Assembly: GCA_050260515.1 (NCBI GenBank)
Contig: JBLNCI010000043.1
Coordinates: 173,245 to 237,244 of the forward strand
DNA: 64,000 nt
Direction: 5' to 3'
Source: Gemmatimonas sp.
GTDB lineage: Bacteria > Pseudomonadota > Alphaproteobacteria > SMXQ01
In this document: positions 30,208 to 39,088 of the stretch, one piece after another
Layout: every line of letters begins with the position of its first letter
Numbering within the stretch: the stretch's first letter is position 1
Notes under the pieces: generated by a model
What the model saw: only the letters and a program-made list of their open reading frames with translations
What the model was told of the DNA's origin: nothing
The model's database searches: none
Translations under genes and position numbers: made by a program

Positions 30208-32487
30208 TCAGCCGATGGCGGCCTTGATCTTGTCGGGGGTCAGCGGCAGGTCGCGGAGCCGCATGCCGGTGGCGTCGAAGATCGCGTTGGCGATCGCGGC
30301 GCCGCTCGGACCCTGGGTCGCCTCGCCGGCGCCGAGCGACGGCAGGTCGGAGCGGTTGATGAGGTGCGTCTCCACCTCCGGCGTCTCGGGGAAGGTGAGG
30401 ATCGGGTAACCGGCCCAGTCGCGGCTGGTGATCCGGGTGTTGTCGAACGTCACCTGCTCCTTGAGCGTCCAGCTCGCCGACTGGATGAAGCCGCCTTCGA
30501 GCTGGTTCGCCATGCCGTCGGGATTGATGTACTGCCCGGCCTCGCCGACGATCGTCGTCTTGAGGAGCTGCACCGCGCCCGTCGTGCGGTCGACCTCGAG
30601 GTCGACGACCATGGCCGCGTAGCACTTTTCGTTCTTGTACTGGGCGAAGCCGACGCCCTGCCCGCGCATGCGGCTGCCGTTGCCGCTGGTCGCGGCGTTC
30701 GGCGCGGTGCGCTCGCGCCAGCCGGCGCGGCGCGCCGCCTGGGTCAGAACCTCGCGGGCGCGCTCGTCCTTCAGGTGGTTGAGGCGGAACACCACGGGAT
30801 CGATCTTCGCCTTGTAGGCGAGCTCGTCCATGAACGACTCGATCGCGAACACGTTGGCGTAGGCGCCGAGCGAGCGCGTCGAGGACACGCGGATCGGCAT
30901 CGCTTTGACGAAGTGCCGCACGATGCGCGCGTCGCCGACGTCGTAGATCGGATCGGCGTTGCGGTGCTCGCCGTAGTGACGGCCGTTGTTGAGCTCGGAC
31001 TCGGGCAGCGGCATCGCCTCCGCCTTGTGCCACGCGGCGGTGAGCTCCGAGCCCGGCGGCTTGCCGCGCGGGCGGTTGCCGTGCGACGTGCTGTAGAGGT
31101 CGTAGTTCCAGTAGGCGATGCGGCCGTCCTTGAGGCCCGCCGACACGTCCATCACCATCGCCGAGTTGTACGGCTCCCAGCCGTGCTCGTCGTGACGCAT
31201 CCACTGCACGCGCACCGGGCGGTCGGGGAATCCGGCGGCGAGCATCGCCGCGTCGCCCGCGGCGTCATCGGCCGCGTTGTGGCCGTAGCAGCCCGCGCCC
31301 TCGGCGTGGATGACGCGGACCTTCTCCTTCTCCATCTTGAGCATCAGCGCGATGGTGTCGCGCAGCGGATACACGCCCTGGGTGTGGCTCCACACCGTCA
31401 GCATGCCGCCGGTCATGTGCGCGACCGCGGCCGAAGGGCCCATCGAGCCGTGCATGATGTAGGGCTTGGTGAACGTCGCCTCGACGCGATCGACGCCGTC
31501 CTTGGCGATCGGATCGGGCACCGGCGCGTCGGGCTTCGGCGTGCCGTCGACGACCCGCATCACCGACGTGACGTTGGACCTCAGCCAGTCCGGCATCGCG
31601 TTCATGTCGGGCAGGTTCTTCTGCTCCTGCCACTTGGCGGACGCGCGCAGCGCCTCCATGGCGCGGATCGCCTGGTCCTCGCGCTCGGCGATGACGCCGA
31701 GGAAGCTGCCGTCGCGCATCACCTTGAGCACGCCGGGCAGGCGGGCGACGCCCGCCTCGTCGGCGCTCACGAGCTTCGCCGAGTAGCTCGGCGGCTGCAC
31801 GACGCGGCCGTGGACCATGCCGGGCAAACGGATGTCCTGCACGTAGGCCGGACGGCCGTAGACCTTCGCCGGAAGATCGAGGCGCTCGACCGAGGTGCCG
31901 ACCACGGCATAGCGCGCGGTGTCCTTCGGCTTGACCTTCCCCTCGGCCTTCTTGTCGAACTTCTTGCCCGCCAGCAGGTCGCCGTAGGTGACGCTCTGGC
32001 CTCCGCCTCCGGCGACGCGCACCGCGCCGTCGGCGGTTTCGAGCCGGTCGGCCGGGACGTTGAGCCGCTCGGCGGCGAGGCCGATCAGGATCGCGCGCGC
32101 CTCGGCCGCCGCCTGGCGGATCGCGCTGCCCGAATCCTGGATCGACTGGCTGCCGGCGGTGTAGCCCTCGTTCGGCGTCTGCGCGGTGTCGGCGGTGATC
32201 ATGCGCACGCGCGCGATCGGCAGATCGAGTTCCTCGGCGGCGATCTGGGTGAGCGACGTCCGGATGCCCTGGCCGAGCTCGGCCTTGCCGGTGAACACGG
32301 TGACGGTGCCGTCGGCCTCGACGCGCAGCCACGCGTCGAGATCGGCGTCCTTGCTGAGGCTGCCGGGGAGCCTGGGCCCGCGCGCCTCCTGCGCCATCAG
32401 GCGCGGCGCGAGCGTGAAGCCGATGACGATGACGCCGGTGGTGCCGAGGAAGGCGCGACGCGAGATGGTCGATGCAGAGGTCGTCAT
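30208..32487 (-). CDS. Xanthine dehydrogenase-family molybdopterin subunit (IorB/NicB-like), Tat signal
   Basis: SRRAFL, GKAELGQG, GAGCYGHNAADD, NVFAIESFMDELA, GAGE; start MTTSAS. Confidence 0.92.
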   Translation of the reverse strand: MTTSASTISRRAFLGTTGVIVIGFTLAPRLMAQEARGPRLPGSLSKDADLDAWLRVEADGTVTVFTGKAELGQGIRTSLTQIAAEELDLPIARVRMITADTAQTPNEGYTAGSQSIQDSGSAIRQAAAEARAILIGLAAERLNVPADRLETADGAVRVAGGGGQSVTYGDLLAGKKFDKKAEGKVKPKDTARYAVVGTSVERLDLPAKVYGRPAYVQDIRLPGMVHGRVVQPPSYSAKLVSADEAGVARLPGVLKVMRDGSFLGVIAEREDQAIRAMEALRASAKWQEQKNLPDMNAMPDWLRSNVTSVMRVVDGTPKPDAPVPDPIAKDGVDRVEATFTKPYIMHGSMGPSAAVAHMTGGMLTVWSHTQGVYPLRDTIALMLKMEKEKVRVIHAEGAGCYGHNAADDAAGDAAMLAAGFPDRPVRVQWMRHDEHGWEPYNSAMVMDVSAGLKDGRIAYWNYDLYSTSHGNRPRGKPPGSELTAAWHKAEAMPLPESELNNGRHYGEHRNADPIYDVGDARIVRHFVKAMPIRVSSTRSLGAYANVFAIESFMDELAYKAKIDPVVFRLNHLKDERAREVLTQAARRAGWRERTAPNAATSGNGSRMRGQGVGFAQYKNEKCYAAMVVDLEVDRTTGAVQLLKTTIVGEAGQYINPDGMANQLEGGFIQSASWTLKEQVTFDNTRITSRDWAGYPILTFPETPEVETHLINRSDLPSLGAGEATQGPSGAAIANAIFDATGMRLRDLPLTPDKIKAAIG

Positions 32488-32489
32488 GA

Positions 32490-32957
32490 TCAGGCCCCCA
32501 TGTCCTTGGCCGCGCGCTTGATCGCCTTGACGATGCGCGTGTGGGTTCCGCACCGGCACAGGTTGCCGGCCATGCCCTGACGCAGCTCGGCGTCGCTCAC
32601 CTTGACGTTGTGATCGAGCAGGGCCTTGGCCTGCATGATCATGCCGCTGGTGCAGTAGCCGCACTGCGCCGCCTGCTCGGCGACGAACGCGGCCTGCAGC
32701 GGATGCGGCTTCTCCGGCGTGCCGAGGCCCTCGACCGTGGTCACGTCCTTGCCGGAGACGGAGCCGACCGGCAGGCTGCACGAGCGCATCGCCTGGTCGC
32801 CGACCATCACCGTGCAGGCGCCGCACTGCGATAGTCCGCAGCCGTACTTCGGCCCCGACAGGCCGAGGTCGTTGCGGAGGACATAAAGAAGCGGAGTGTC
32901 CGCCTCGACGTTGAGGGTTTGGGCCTGACCGTTGACCCGGAGCGTGATCTGCGCCAC
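32490..32957 (-). CDS. (2Fe-2S)-binding small subunit
   Basis: GCGLSQCGACTV, QCGYC, NLCRCG; GTG start. Confidence 0.93.
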   Translation of the reverse strand: MAQITLRVNGQAQTLNVEADTPLLYVLRNDLGLSGPKYGCGLSQCGACTVMVGDQAMRSCSLPVGSVSGKDVTTVEGLGTPEKPHPLQAAFVAEQAAQCGYCTSGMIMQAKALLDHNVKVSDAELRQGMAGNLCRCGTHTRIVKAIKRAAKDMGA

Positions 32958-33100
32958 GAGCGCCTCCCGAGACCAGCACCGGCGCCTTGCGCGCCGGCCG
33001 TTGACGGCTCGGACTGTATCATAACGTCCGATGTCGGAAATGGGGCTTCGCGGCTACAATTCGCGGCGCCAACCCTTTTTGCGCAAAGAGGAATTTCGAG

Positions 33101-33526
33101 GTGAAGCGGCCGGCGAAAGCACCGAGGAAGTCCGCGGCGACCTCGCCCGCGCTCAGCGTGCGTGTCGACTTCGGGGCGTTCGGCGCGATCGGGCCCGGCA
33201 AGATCCGGCTGCTCGAGCTGATCGCGCGCCACGGCTCCATCGCCACCGCCGGCCGGGCGATGTCGATGTCGTACCGCCGCGCATGGCTGCTCGCCGAGAG
33301 CCTGAACGACGCCTTCGAGCGCCCGCTGATCACCACCCAGCGCGGCGGGAAGGCCGGCAGCGGCGCGGCGCTGACGCCGTTCGGCGCCGCGGTGATCCGC
33401 CGCTATCGCGCGATCGAGGCCGACGCCGGACGCGCGGCGGCGAAGCACCTCGCCGCCTTGGGTCGCGCGCTCGCGGAGAAGCCGCCGGCGACGCGCCGCG
33501 TCTCGCCGCCGAAGCGGCGCGGGTGA
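33101..33526 (+). CDS. modE: ModE-like winged-helix molybdenum regulator (stand-alone DNA-binding domain)
   Basis: IGPGKIRLLE.I...GSI..AGRAM.MSYRRAWLL...GG..G.GA.LT. Confidence 0.85.
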   Translation: MKRPAKAPRKSAATSPALSVRVDFGAFGAIGPGKIRLLELIARHGSIATAGRAMSMSYRRAWLLAESLNDAFERPLITTQRGGKAGSGAALTPFGAAVIRRYRAIEADAGRAAAKHLAALGRALAEKPPATRRVSPPKRRG

Positions 33527-33539
33527 CGGCGAGACCGGG

Positions 33540-34331
33540 TCAGTTCAGGACTGCGAATCCCTGCTTCTCGAACAGCAGCCGCGCCGCGTCCGAGCCGACG
33601 AACGCCGCGAACGAATCGGCGCCGGGCGAGCGCGCTCGCGCCGTGAGCGCCATCGGGTAGCGGACCGGCGGGTGGCTCGATTCGGGAAAGGTCGCGACCA
33701 CCCGCACGTTCGGCTCGGCGGCGGCGTCCGTCGCGTAGACGATGCCGAGCGGCGCCTCGCCGCGCGCGACCAGCAGCAGCGCCGCGCGCACGTTTTCCGC
33801 CTGCGCCACGCGGTCGCGTACGGAGTGCCACAGCCCAAGCGACTCGAGCGCGGTCCTTCCGTACTTCCCGGCGGGCACGGCGTTGACGTCCGCCATCGCG
33901 ATGCGGCCGCCGTTGAGGACCGCGGTCAGATCGGTGCCTGGGCCGAGGATCAGCGGCGGGATCGGCGAGCGGCGCTCGGCGACCAGGACGAGCGAGTTGC
34001 CGAGGAGATCGCGGCGGGTGTCGGCGCGGATCAGGTTGCGCGCGGCGAGATAGTCCATCCAGTCCTCGTCGGCCGAGATGAAGAGGTCGGCGGGCGCGCC
34101 CTGCTCGATCTGCTTGGCGAGCGTCGAGCTCGCCGCGTACGACACGACGACCGGCGTCCCGCCCTGGGCGCGCCATGCGCGCACCACGTCGTCGAGCGCG
34201 GTGCCGAGGCTCGCGGCGGCGAACACGGTGACGCCGCCCGCCGCGTCGCGCGACGACTGGGCGCCGGCCGAACCGGCGAACGCAAGCTGCGCCGCAATCA
34301 CGGCGAGACAGAGGACCCCGGAGCCGCGCAT
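33540..34331 (-). CDS. modA: Molybdate ABC transporter substrate-binding protein
   Basis: VFAAASL, AASSTLAKQIEQGAPADLFISAD, VPAGKYG, ENVRAAL, GIVYATDA. Confidence 0.95.
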   Translation of the reverse strand: MRGSGVLCLAVIAAQLAFAGSAGAQSSRDAAGGVTVFAAASLGTALDDVVRAWRAQGGTPVVVSYAASSTLAKQIEQGAPADLFISADEDWMDYLAARNLIRADTRRDLLGNSLVLVAERRSPIPPLILGPGTDLTAVLNGGRIAMADVNAVPAGKYGRTALESLGLWHSVRDRVAQAENVRAALLLVARGEAPLGIVYATDAAAEPNVRVVATFPESSHPPVRYPMALTARARSPGADSFAAFVGSDAARLLFEKQGFAVLN

Positions 34332-34351
34332 CGCACCCTCCCGTGACGACA

Positions 34352-34377
34352 GCGAAATATCCGGGAGGATATTTCGC
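34352..34377. promoter_or_regulatory. Putative ModE box between the divergent modA and xdhC genes
   Basis: Perfect inverted repeat GCGAAATATCC-N4-GGATATTTCGC, matching CG-N-TATAT-N8-ATATA-N-CG with one mismatch per half. Confidence 0.75.
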
Positions 34378-34444
34378 CTTCGGCCCGCCTCAAAGCGGCT
34401 TTCGCCGTCTTGAGCACCCTGCGCCGAAGCCCTATTCTTGAGGG

Positions 34445-35509
34445 ATGGACGACTCCCCGCCCCGCTTCGACGACCACGACGACGTGCTCGGCGCCGCGCG
34501 CGCGATCCTGGCGCGCGGTCGACGGGGCGCGCTCGCGACCGTCGTCACGACCTGGGGCTCGTCGCCGCGTCCGGTCGGCAGCCTGCTCGCCGTCGCCGAG
34601 GGCGGCGCGATGACCGGCTCCGTGTCGGGCGGCTGCGTCGAGGGCGCAGTGGTGTCCGAGGCGGACGCGGTGATGAAGGGTGCCCCCGCCAAGCTCCTCA
34701 AGTTCGGCATCACCAACGAGCAGGCGTGGGACGTCGGACTCGCGTGCGGCGGCAAGGTCGAGATCCACGTGGCCCCCCTCGCCGGCTCCGAGGCCGCGCT
34801 CGCGACCGTCGCCGCCGCCCAGAAGACGCATAAGGGCGCGGTGCTCGCCACCGATCTTTCGAACGGCGCGATGATCGCGCTGGTGGAGGGCGAGACGCCG
34901 ACCGATCACTTCGGCAGGACCATCGCCGACGCGGCGCGCGCGGCACTCGCCTCCGATGCGAGCACCACGGTCGAGGTCGGCGGCCGCAGCGTGTTCCTCA
35001 ATGTCTTTGCGCCGCCACGGCGCCTCGCACTGGTCGGCGCGGTGCACATCGCCCAGGCGCTCGCGCCGATGGCGGCGCTCGCCGGCTACGCGGTCACCGT
35101 GGTCGATCCCCGCAGCGCGTTCGCGACCGAGGCGCGGTTCCCGAACGTCGCCATCGTCCGCGAGTGGCCCGACGAGGCGCTCAAGGCGCTCGCGCCCGAC
35201 CGCCGCACCGCGATCGTCACCCTCACCCACGATCCCAAGCTCGACGACCCGGCGCTCGCGGCGGCGCTCCGGTCGGATGCCTTTTATATAGGGGCGCTCG
35301 GCAGCCGGAAGACGCACGCCGCGCGCCTCGGCCGCCTCAAGACCCAGGGCTTCGACGACGCGGCGCTCGCGCGCATCCACGGGCCGGTCGGGCTCGCCAT
35401 CGGCGCGATCTCGCCGTCGGAGATCGCGATCTCGATCATGGCCGAGATCACCCGCGAGCGGCATCCGCCCAGGGCCGAGGCCAGGACCGCCACCGCCGAG
35501 CCATCGTGA
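34445..35509 (+). CDS. xdhC: XdhC/CoxF family Moco-insertion chaperone
   Basis: TWGSSPRPVGS, GSVSGGCVE, GLACGG, LTHDPKLDD, YIGALGS, GPVGL.IGA.SP.EIA. Confidence 0.9.
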   Translation: MDDSPPRFDDHDDVLGAARAILARGRRGALATVVTTWGSSPRPVGSLLAVAEGGAMTGSVSGGCVEGAVVSEADAVMKGAPAKLLKFGITNEQAWDVGLACGGKVEIHVAPLAGSEAALATVAAAQKTHKGAVLATDLSNGAMIALVEGETPTDHFGRTIADAARAALASDASTTVEVGGRSVFLNVFAPPRRLALVGAVHIAQALAPMAALAGYAVTVVDPRSAFATEARFPNVAIVREWPDEALKALAPDRRTAIVTLTHDPKLDDPALAAALRSDAFYIGALGSRKTHAARLGRLKTQGFDDAALARIHGPVGLAIGAISPSEIAISIMAEITRERHPPRAEARTATAEPS

Positions 35510-37161
35510 AATTCGGATCCGTCCCGCTCGACCAAGCCGAAGGCGCCGTGCTCGCGCACCGCGTCCGCGCCGGCGCGAAGACGTTCACGAAGGGCCGCGT
35601 GCTGACCGCGGACGACGTCGCGGCACTCCGTGCCGCAGAGGTCGACCGGGTCATCGTCGCCCGCGCCGGGTCCGACGACGTCGCCGAGGACGAGGCGGCC
35701 GGCCGCGCGGCTGGCGGAGTCGCCGGCGCCGGCGTCACCGTCGCCAAGGCGTTCACCGGCCGGGCCAACCTGTTCGCGGCGGTCGACGGCGTGTTCACCG
35801 CCGACCGCGAGCGGGTCGACGCCCTCAACCGCATCGACGAGTCGATCACGCTTGCGACCGTACCGGCGCTGACGCCGGTGAAAGCCGGCGACATGGTGGC
35901 GACCGTCAAGATCATCCCGTTCGCGGCACCGGCGAGCGCGGTCGCGAAATGGGAGGAGATCTGCCGCCGCAGCGGCGCCGCGCTCGGCGTCGCGCCGTTC
36001 CGGCCGCTGACCGCCGCGTTGATCCAGACGCGGCTGCCCGACACCAAACAGTCGGTCCTCGACAAGACCGTCGCGACCACGCGCGCCCGGCTCGACGCGA
36101 TCGGCGCGACGCTCGTGTTCGAGACCGTGGTTCGCCACGACGAAGCGGCGGTCGCCGGCGCGCTCGCCGAGGCACGCAGGCACCGCGTCTCGCTGGTGCT
36201 CGTCATGGGCGCCTCGGCGATCCAGGACCGCCACGACATCATCCCGACCGCCATTGTCGATGCCGGCGGCCACGTCGATCACTTCGGCATGCCGGTCGAC
36301 CCCGGCAATCTGCTGCTGCTCGCGAGCCATCCCGACATGGGCGCGGTGATCGGACTGCCCGGCTGCGCGCGCTCGCCCAAGATGAACGGCTTCGACTGGG
36401 TGCTCGAGCGCATCGCCGCCGGCATCCCGGTGACCGGCGCCGACGTGATGGGAATGGGTGTCGGGGGGCTTCTCGCCGAGATTCCGGCGCGCGGCCAGCC
36501 GCGCGCGACACCGCCGACGCCCGCGGCCACCGGCGCGCCGAACGGAACACCGCACGTCGCAGCGATCGTGCTCGCCGCCGGCCGCTCTCGCCGCATGGGC
36601 AAGCGGAACAAGCTGACGATCCCGGTGCTCGGCGCGTCGGGCGAGAAGCCGATGGCGGCGCAGGCCGTGGACGCGGCGCTCGCCTCGAAGGCGCGCCCGG
36701 TGTTCGTCGTGCTCGGCCACGAGCAGGACAAGGTCCGCGCGCTGCTCGCCGGACGCGACGTCGTGTTCGTCAACAACCCCGATTACGCCGAGGGGCTGTC
36801 GACGTCGCTCCGCGCCGGCGTGCGCGCGCTGCCCAAAGGCATCGACGGTGCCGTCGTGATGCTCGGCGACATGCCGCGCGTCGGCGGGCACGAGGTCGAC
36901 GCGCTGATCGCCGCGTTCAACCCCGTCGAAGGCCGCTCGATCGTCGTGCCCACCCACCGCGGCAAGCGCGGCAACCCGGTGCTGTTCGGCGCCGGTTACT
37001 TCGAGGCGATGGCGAACGCCGCCGGCGATTCCGGCGCCAAGCACCTGATCGGCGAGAACGAGGACCAGGTGGCCGAGGTCGAGATGGAGTCGGACGCGGT
37101 GCTGGCCGACATCGACGACCCGGCCGCGCTCGAGTCGCTCCAGAAGCCGCCAGCGCGCTAG
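35506..37161 (+). CDS. Molybdopterin-binding domain fused to a MocA-like cytidylyltransferase
   Basis: GMPVDPGNLL, GLPGCARSPK.NGFDW, then LAAGRSRRMG..NKL, LGDMP, GNPVLF, DIDDP; GTG overlaps the xdhC stop. Confidence 0.88.
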   Translation: MKFGSVPLDQAEGAVLAHRVRAGAKTFTKGRVLTADDVAALRAAEVDRVIVARAGSDDVAEDEAAGRAAGGVAGAGVTVAKAFTGRANLFAAVDGVFTADRERVDALNRIDESITLATVPALTPVKAGDMVATVKIIPFAAPASAVAKWEEICRRSGAALGVAPFRPLTAALIQTRLPDTKQSVLDKTVATTRARLDAIGATLVFETVVRHDEAAVAGALAEARRHRVSLVLVMGASAIQDRHDIIPTAIVDAGGHVDHFGMPVDPGNLLLLASHPDMGAVIGLPGCARSPKMNGFDWVLERIAAGIPVTGADVMGMGVGGLLAEIPARGQPRATPPTPAATGAPNGTPHVAAIVLAAGRSRRMGKRNKLTIPVLGASGEKPMAAQAVDAALASKARPVFVVLGHEQDKVRALLAGRDVVFVNNPDYAEGLSTSLRAGVRALPKGIDGAVVMLGDMPRVGGHEVDALIAAFNPVEGRSIVVPTHRGKRGNPVLFGAGYFEAMANAAGDSGAKHLIGENEDQVAEVEMESDAVLADIDDPAALESLQKPPAR

Positions 37162-37174
37162 ATCGCGCGCCCCA

Positions 37175-38257
37175 TCACTCCACCGCCGTCGGGATCGGTC
37201 GCCCGGTGCGCACGTGGTGCTCGGGCATGGTCGGCCCGCTGCCGGCACCGGTCTTCTCGATGGCGGTCGCGATCTCGGCCATGTCGCTGTCGGTGAGTTC
37301 GAGGGTCGCCGCGCCGATCCAGCCGTCGACCTGCTGCGGCGAACGCGCGCCGACGATCGCGCCGGTGACGCCGGGCCACGCCAGGGTCCACGCCACCGCC
37401 ACGGCGGCGACCGTCGTCTCGTGCACCTTGGCGACGCCCTTCAGCGCCTCGGCGAGCTTGAGGTTGCGCTTGAGTCCCTCGCCGGTGAAGTCGGCGCTGC
37501 GCCGCCGCCAATCGGCGGGCGCGAGGTTGCGTGCGCGCTCCTCGCTGAACGCGCCCGTGAGCAGGCCCGACTGCATCGGGCTGTAGACGATGACTCCGGT
37601 CGCGTGCGAGCGGCACCACGGGATGTCGTCGGCGGCGGCGTCGCGACGGATCGCCGAGAACGGCGGCTGCAGGCTGTCGACGTGGCCGAGCGCCTCGGCG
37701 CGCGCGAGCTGCGCGGCATTGTGATTCGAGAGCCCGACGGCGCGCACCTTGCCCTCGGCCTTGAGGTCGAGCATCGCCTGCCAGTACTCCTCGACCGGCG
37801 TGCCGTCCTCGGCGGGCCAGTGCATCTGATAGAGATCGATGCGCTCGACCTCGAGCCGCCTGAGCGATGCCTCGACCTCGCGACGGATGCTCTTGGGATC
37901 GCCGACGCGCTGCGCCGGATCCATCGGTCGCTTGGGATCGGCGATCAGTCCGCACTTGGTGAAGATCAGCGGGCGGTCGGCGCGCGGCACCTCGCGCAAC
38001 GCCTCGGCGACCACCTCCTCGGAGTGGCCGATGCCGTAGATCGCCGCGGTGTCGATCCAGTTCACGCCGCGCGAGATCGCGTGACGGATGGCGGCGATCG
38101 AGTCCGCGTCCTCCTGCGGTCCCCAGCCGAACGACCAGTTGCCGCCGCCGACCGCCCACGCGCCGAATCCGAGACGGGTGATCTTGAGATCGGTGTTGCC
38201 GAGCGGGTGCATCGGCAACGCCGCGGTCAGAACGGTACGGCCCATGTGCTCCTCCAT
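37175..38257 (-). CDS. Aldo/keto reductase
   Basis: LGFGAWAVGG, IDTAAIYG, TKCG, IDLYQMHWP, GLSN, YSPMQSGLLTG. Confidence 0.92.
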   Translation of the reverse strand: MEEHMGRTVLTAALPMHPLGNTDLKITRLGFGAWAVGGGNWSFGWGPQEDADSIAAIRHAISRGVNWIDTAAIYGIGHSEEVVAEALREVPRADRPLIFTKCGLIADPKRPMDPAQRVGDPKSIRREVEASLRRLEVERIDLYQMHWPAEDGTPVEEYWQAMLDLKAEGKVRAVGLSNHNAAQLARAEALGHVDSLQPPFSAIRRDAAADDIPWCRSHATGVIVYSPMQSGLLTGAFSEERARNLAPADWRRRSADFTGEGLKRNLKLAEALKGVAKVHETTVAAVAVAWTLAWPGVTGAIVGARSPQQVDGWIGAATLELTDSDMAEIATAIEKTGAGSGPTMPEHHVRTGRPIPTAVE

Positions 38258-38600
38258 TGCAGACCGGCACGCGCGGCAGGCTTTCCGCCCGACCCGCGAC
38301 CATGCCCCACTGTTGAAGCAAATGCGCGGCTTCGCGTTCCGGGCGGGCGCGATTTTCCGTCGTCGGCGAACATTAGGCTTCTAACGTGTGTCAGCGATTG
38401 CGCAACGCTGGGTCTGCCCGGCGTTTCATTGCCTTTCCTTGACGGAGCGGGACCGAAGCGGGATGCTTTCGGAAATTGCAGGCCGAACGGCCGCACATCC
38501 GGGGGCATCGCGTCGTCGCCCAGCGCCGCTTCGTGAGCGAGGCCATGCGCCCGGACCATCCGTCCCTCCATCCGGAGCGGACGCAACCGGAGACACGCGC

Positions 38601-39074
38601 ATGAGCGAGACCATCACCCTCCACGTCAACGGCAAGACGCACCGGTTCCAGGCCGATCCCGACATGCCGCTGCTGTACGCCCTTCGCGACGAGCTCGGGC
38701 TCAACAACCCGAAGTTCGGCTGCGGCCTCGCCCAGTGCGGCGCGTGCACGGTCCACGTCAACGGCGAAGCAGTGCGCTCCTGCTCGATGCCGGTGTCGCT
38801 CGCCAACAACCAGAAGATCACGACGATGACCGGGCTCGGCACCCCCGAGAATCCCCATCCGGTGCAGAAGGCGTGGGTCGAGGAGCAGGTGCCGCAGTGC
38901 GGCTACTGCATCAACGGCTGGGTCATGACCACGGCCGCGTTCCTCGCCAAGAACAAGAACCCGACCGACGCCCAGATCCGCGAGGGCCTCGCCGGCCTCA
39001 AGTGCCGCTGCGGCACCCACACCGCGATCCTGCGCGCGGTGAAGCGCGCGGCGAGCGAAATGTCGAAGGCGTGA
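38601..39074 (+). CDS. (2Fe-2S)-binding small subunit
   Basis: GCGLAQCGACTV, QCGYC, KCRCG. Confidence 0.93.
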   Translation: MSETITLHVNGKTHRFQADPDMPLLYALRDELGLNNPKFGCGLAQCGACTVHVNGEAVRSCSMPVSLANNQKITTMTGLGTPENPHPVQKAWVEEQVPQCGYCINGWVMTTAAFLAKNKNPTDAQIREGLAGLKCRCGTHTAILRAVKRAASEMSKA

Positions 39075-39088
39075 GGCGGGACGCCAGG

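Noticed and set aside
28520-32979. 894-aa and 923-aa ORFs suggesting fusions
   Set aside because: The N-terminal extensions are stop-free alternative frames of neighbouring genes, typical of high GC; real starts are 30043 and 32487.
33009-33038. Palindromes TCGGAC-N11-GTCCGA and TCCGATGTCGGA, with gatgtcgga also upstream of the aldehyde dehydrogenase (~21210)
   Set aside because: Short, GC-rich and no cognate regulator in the window; could be chance.
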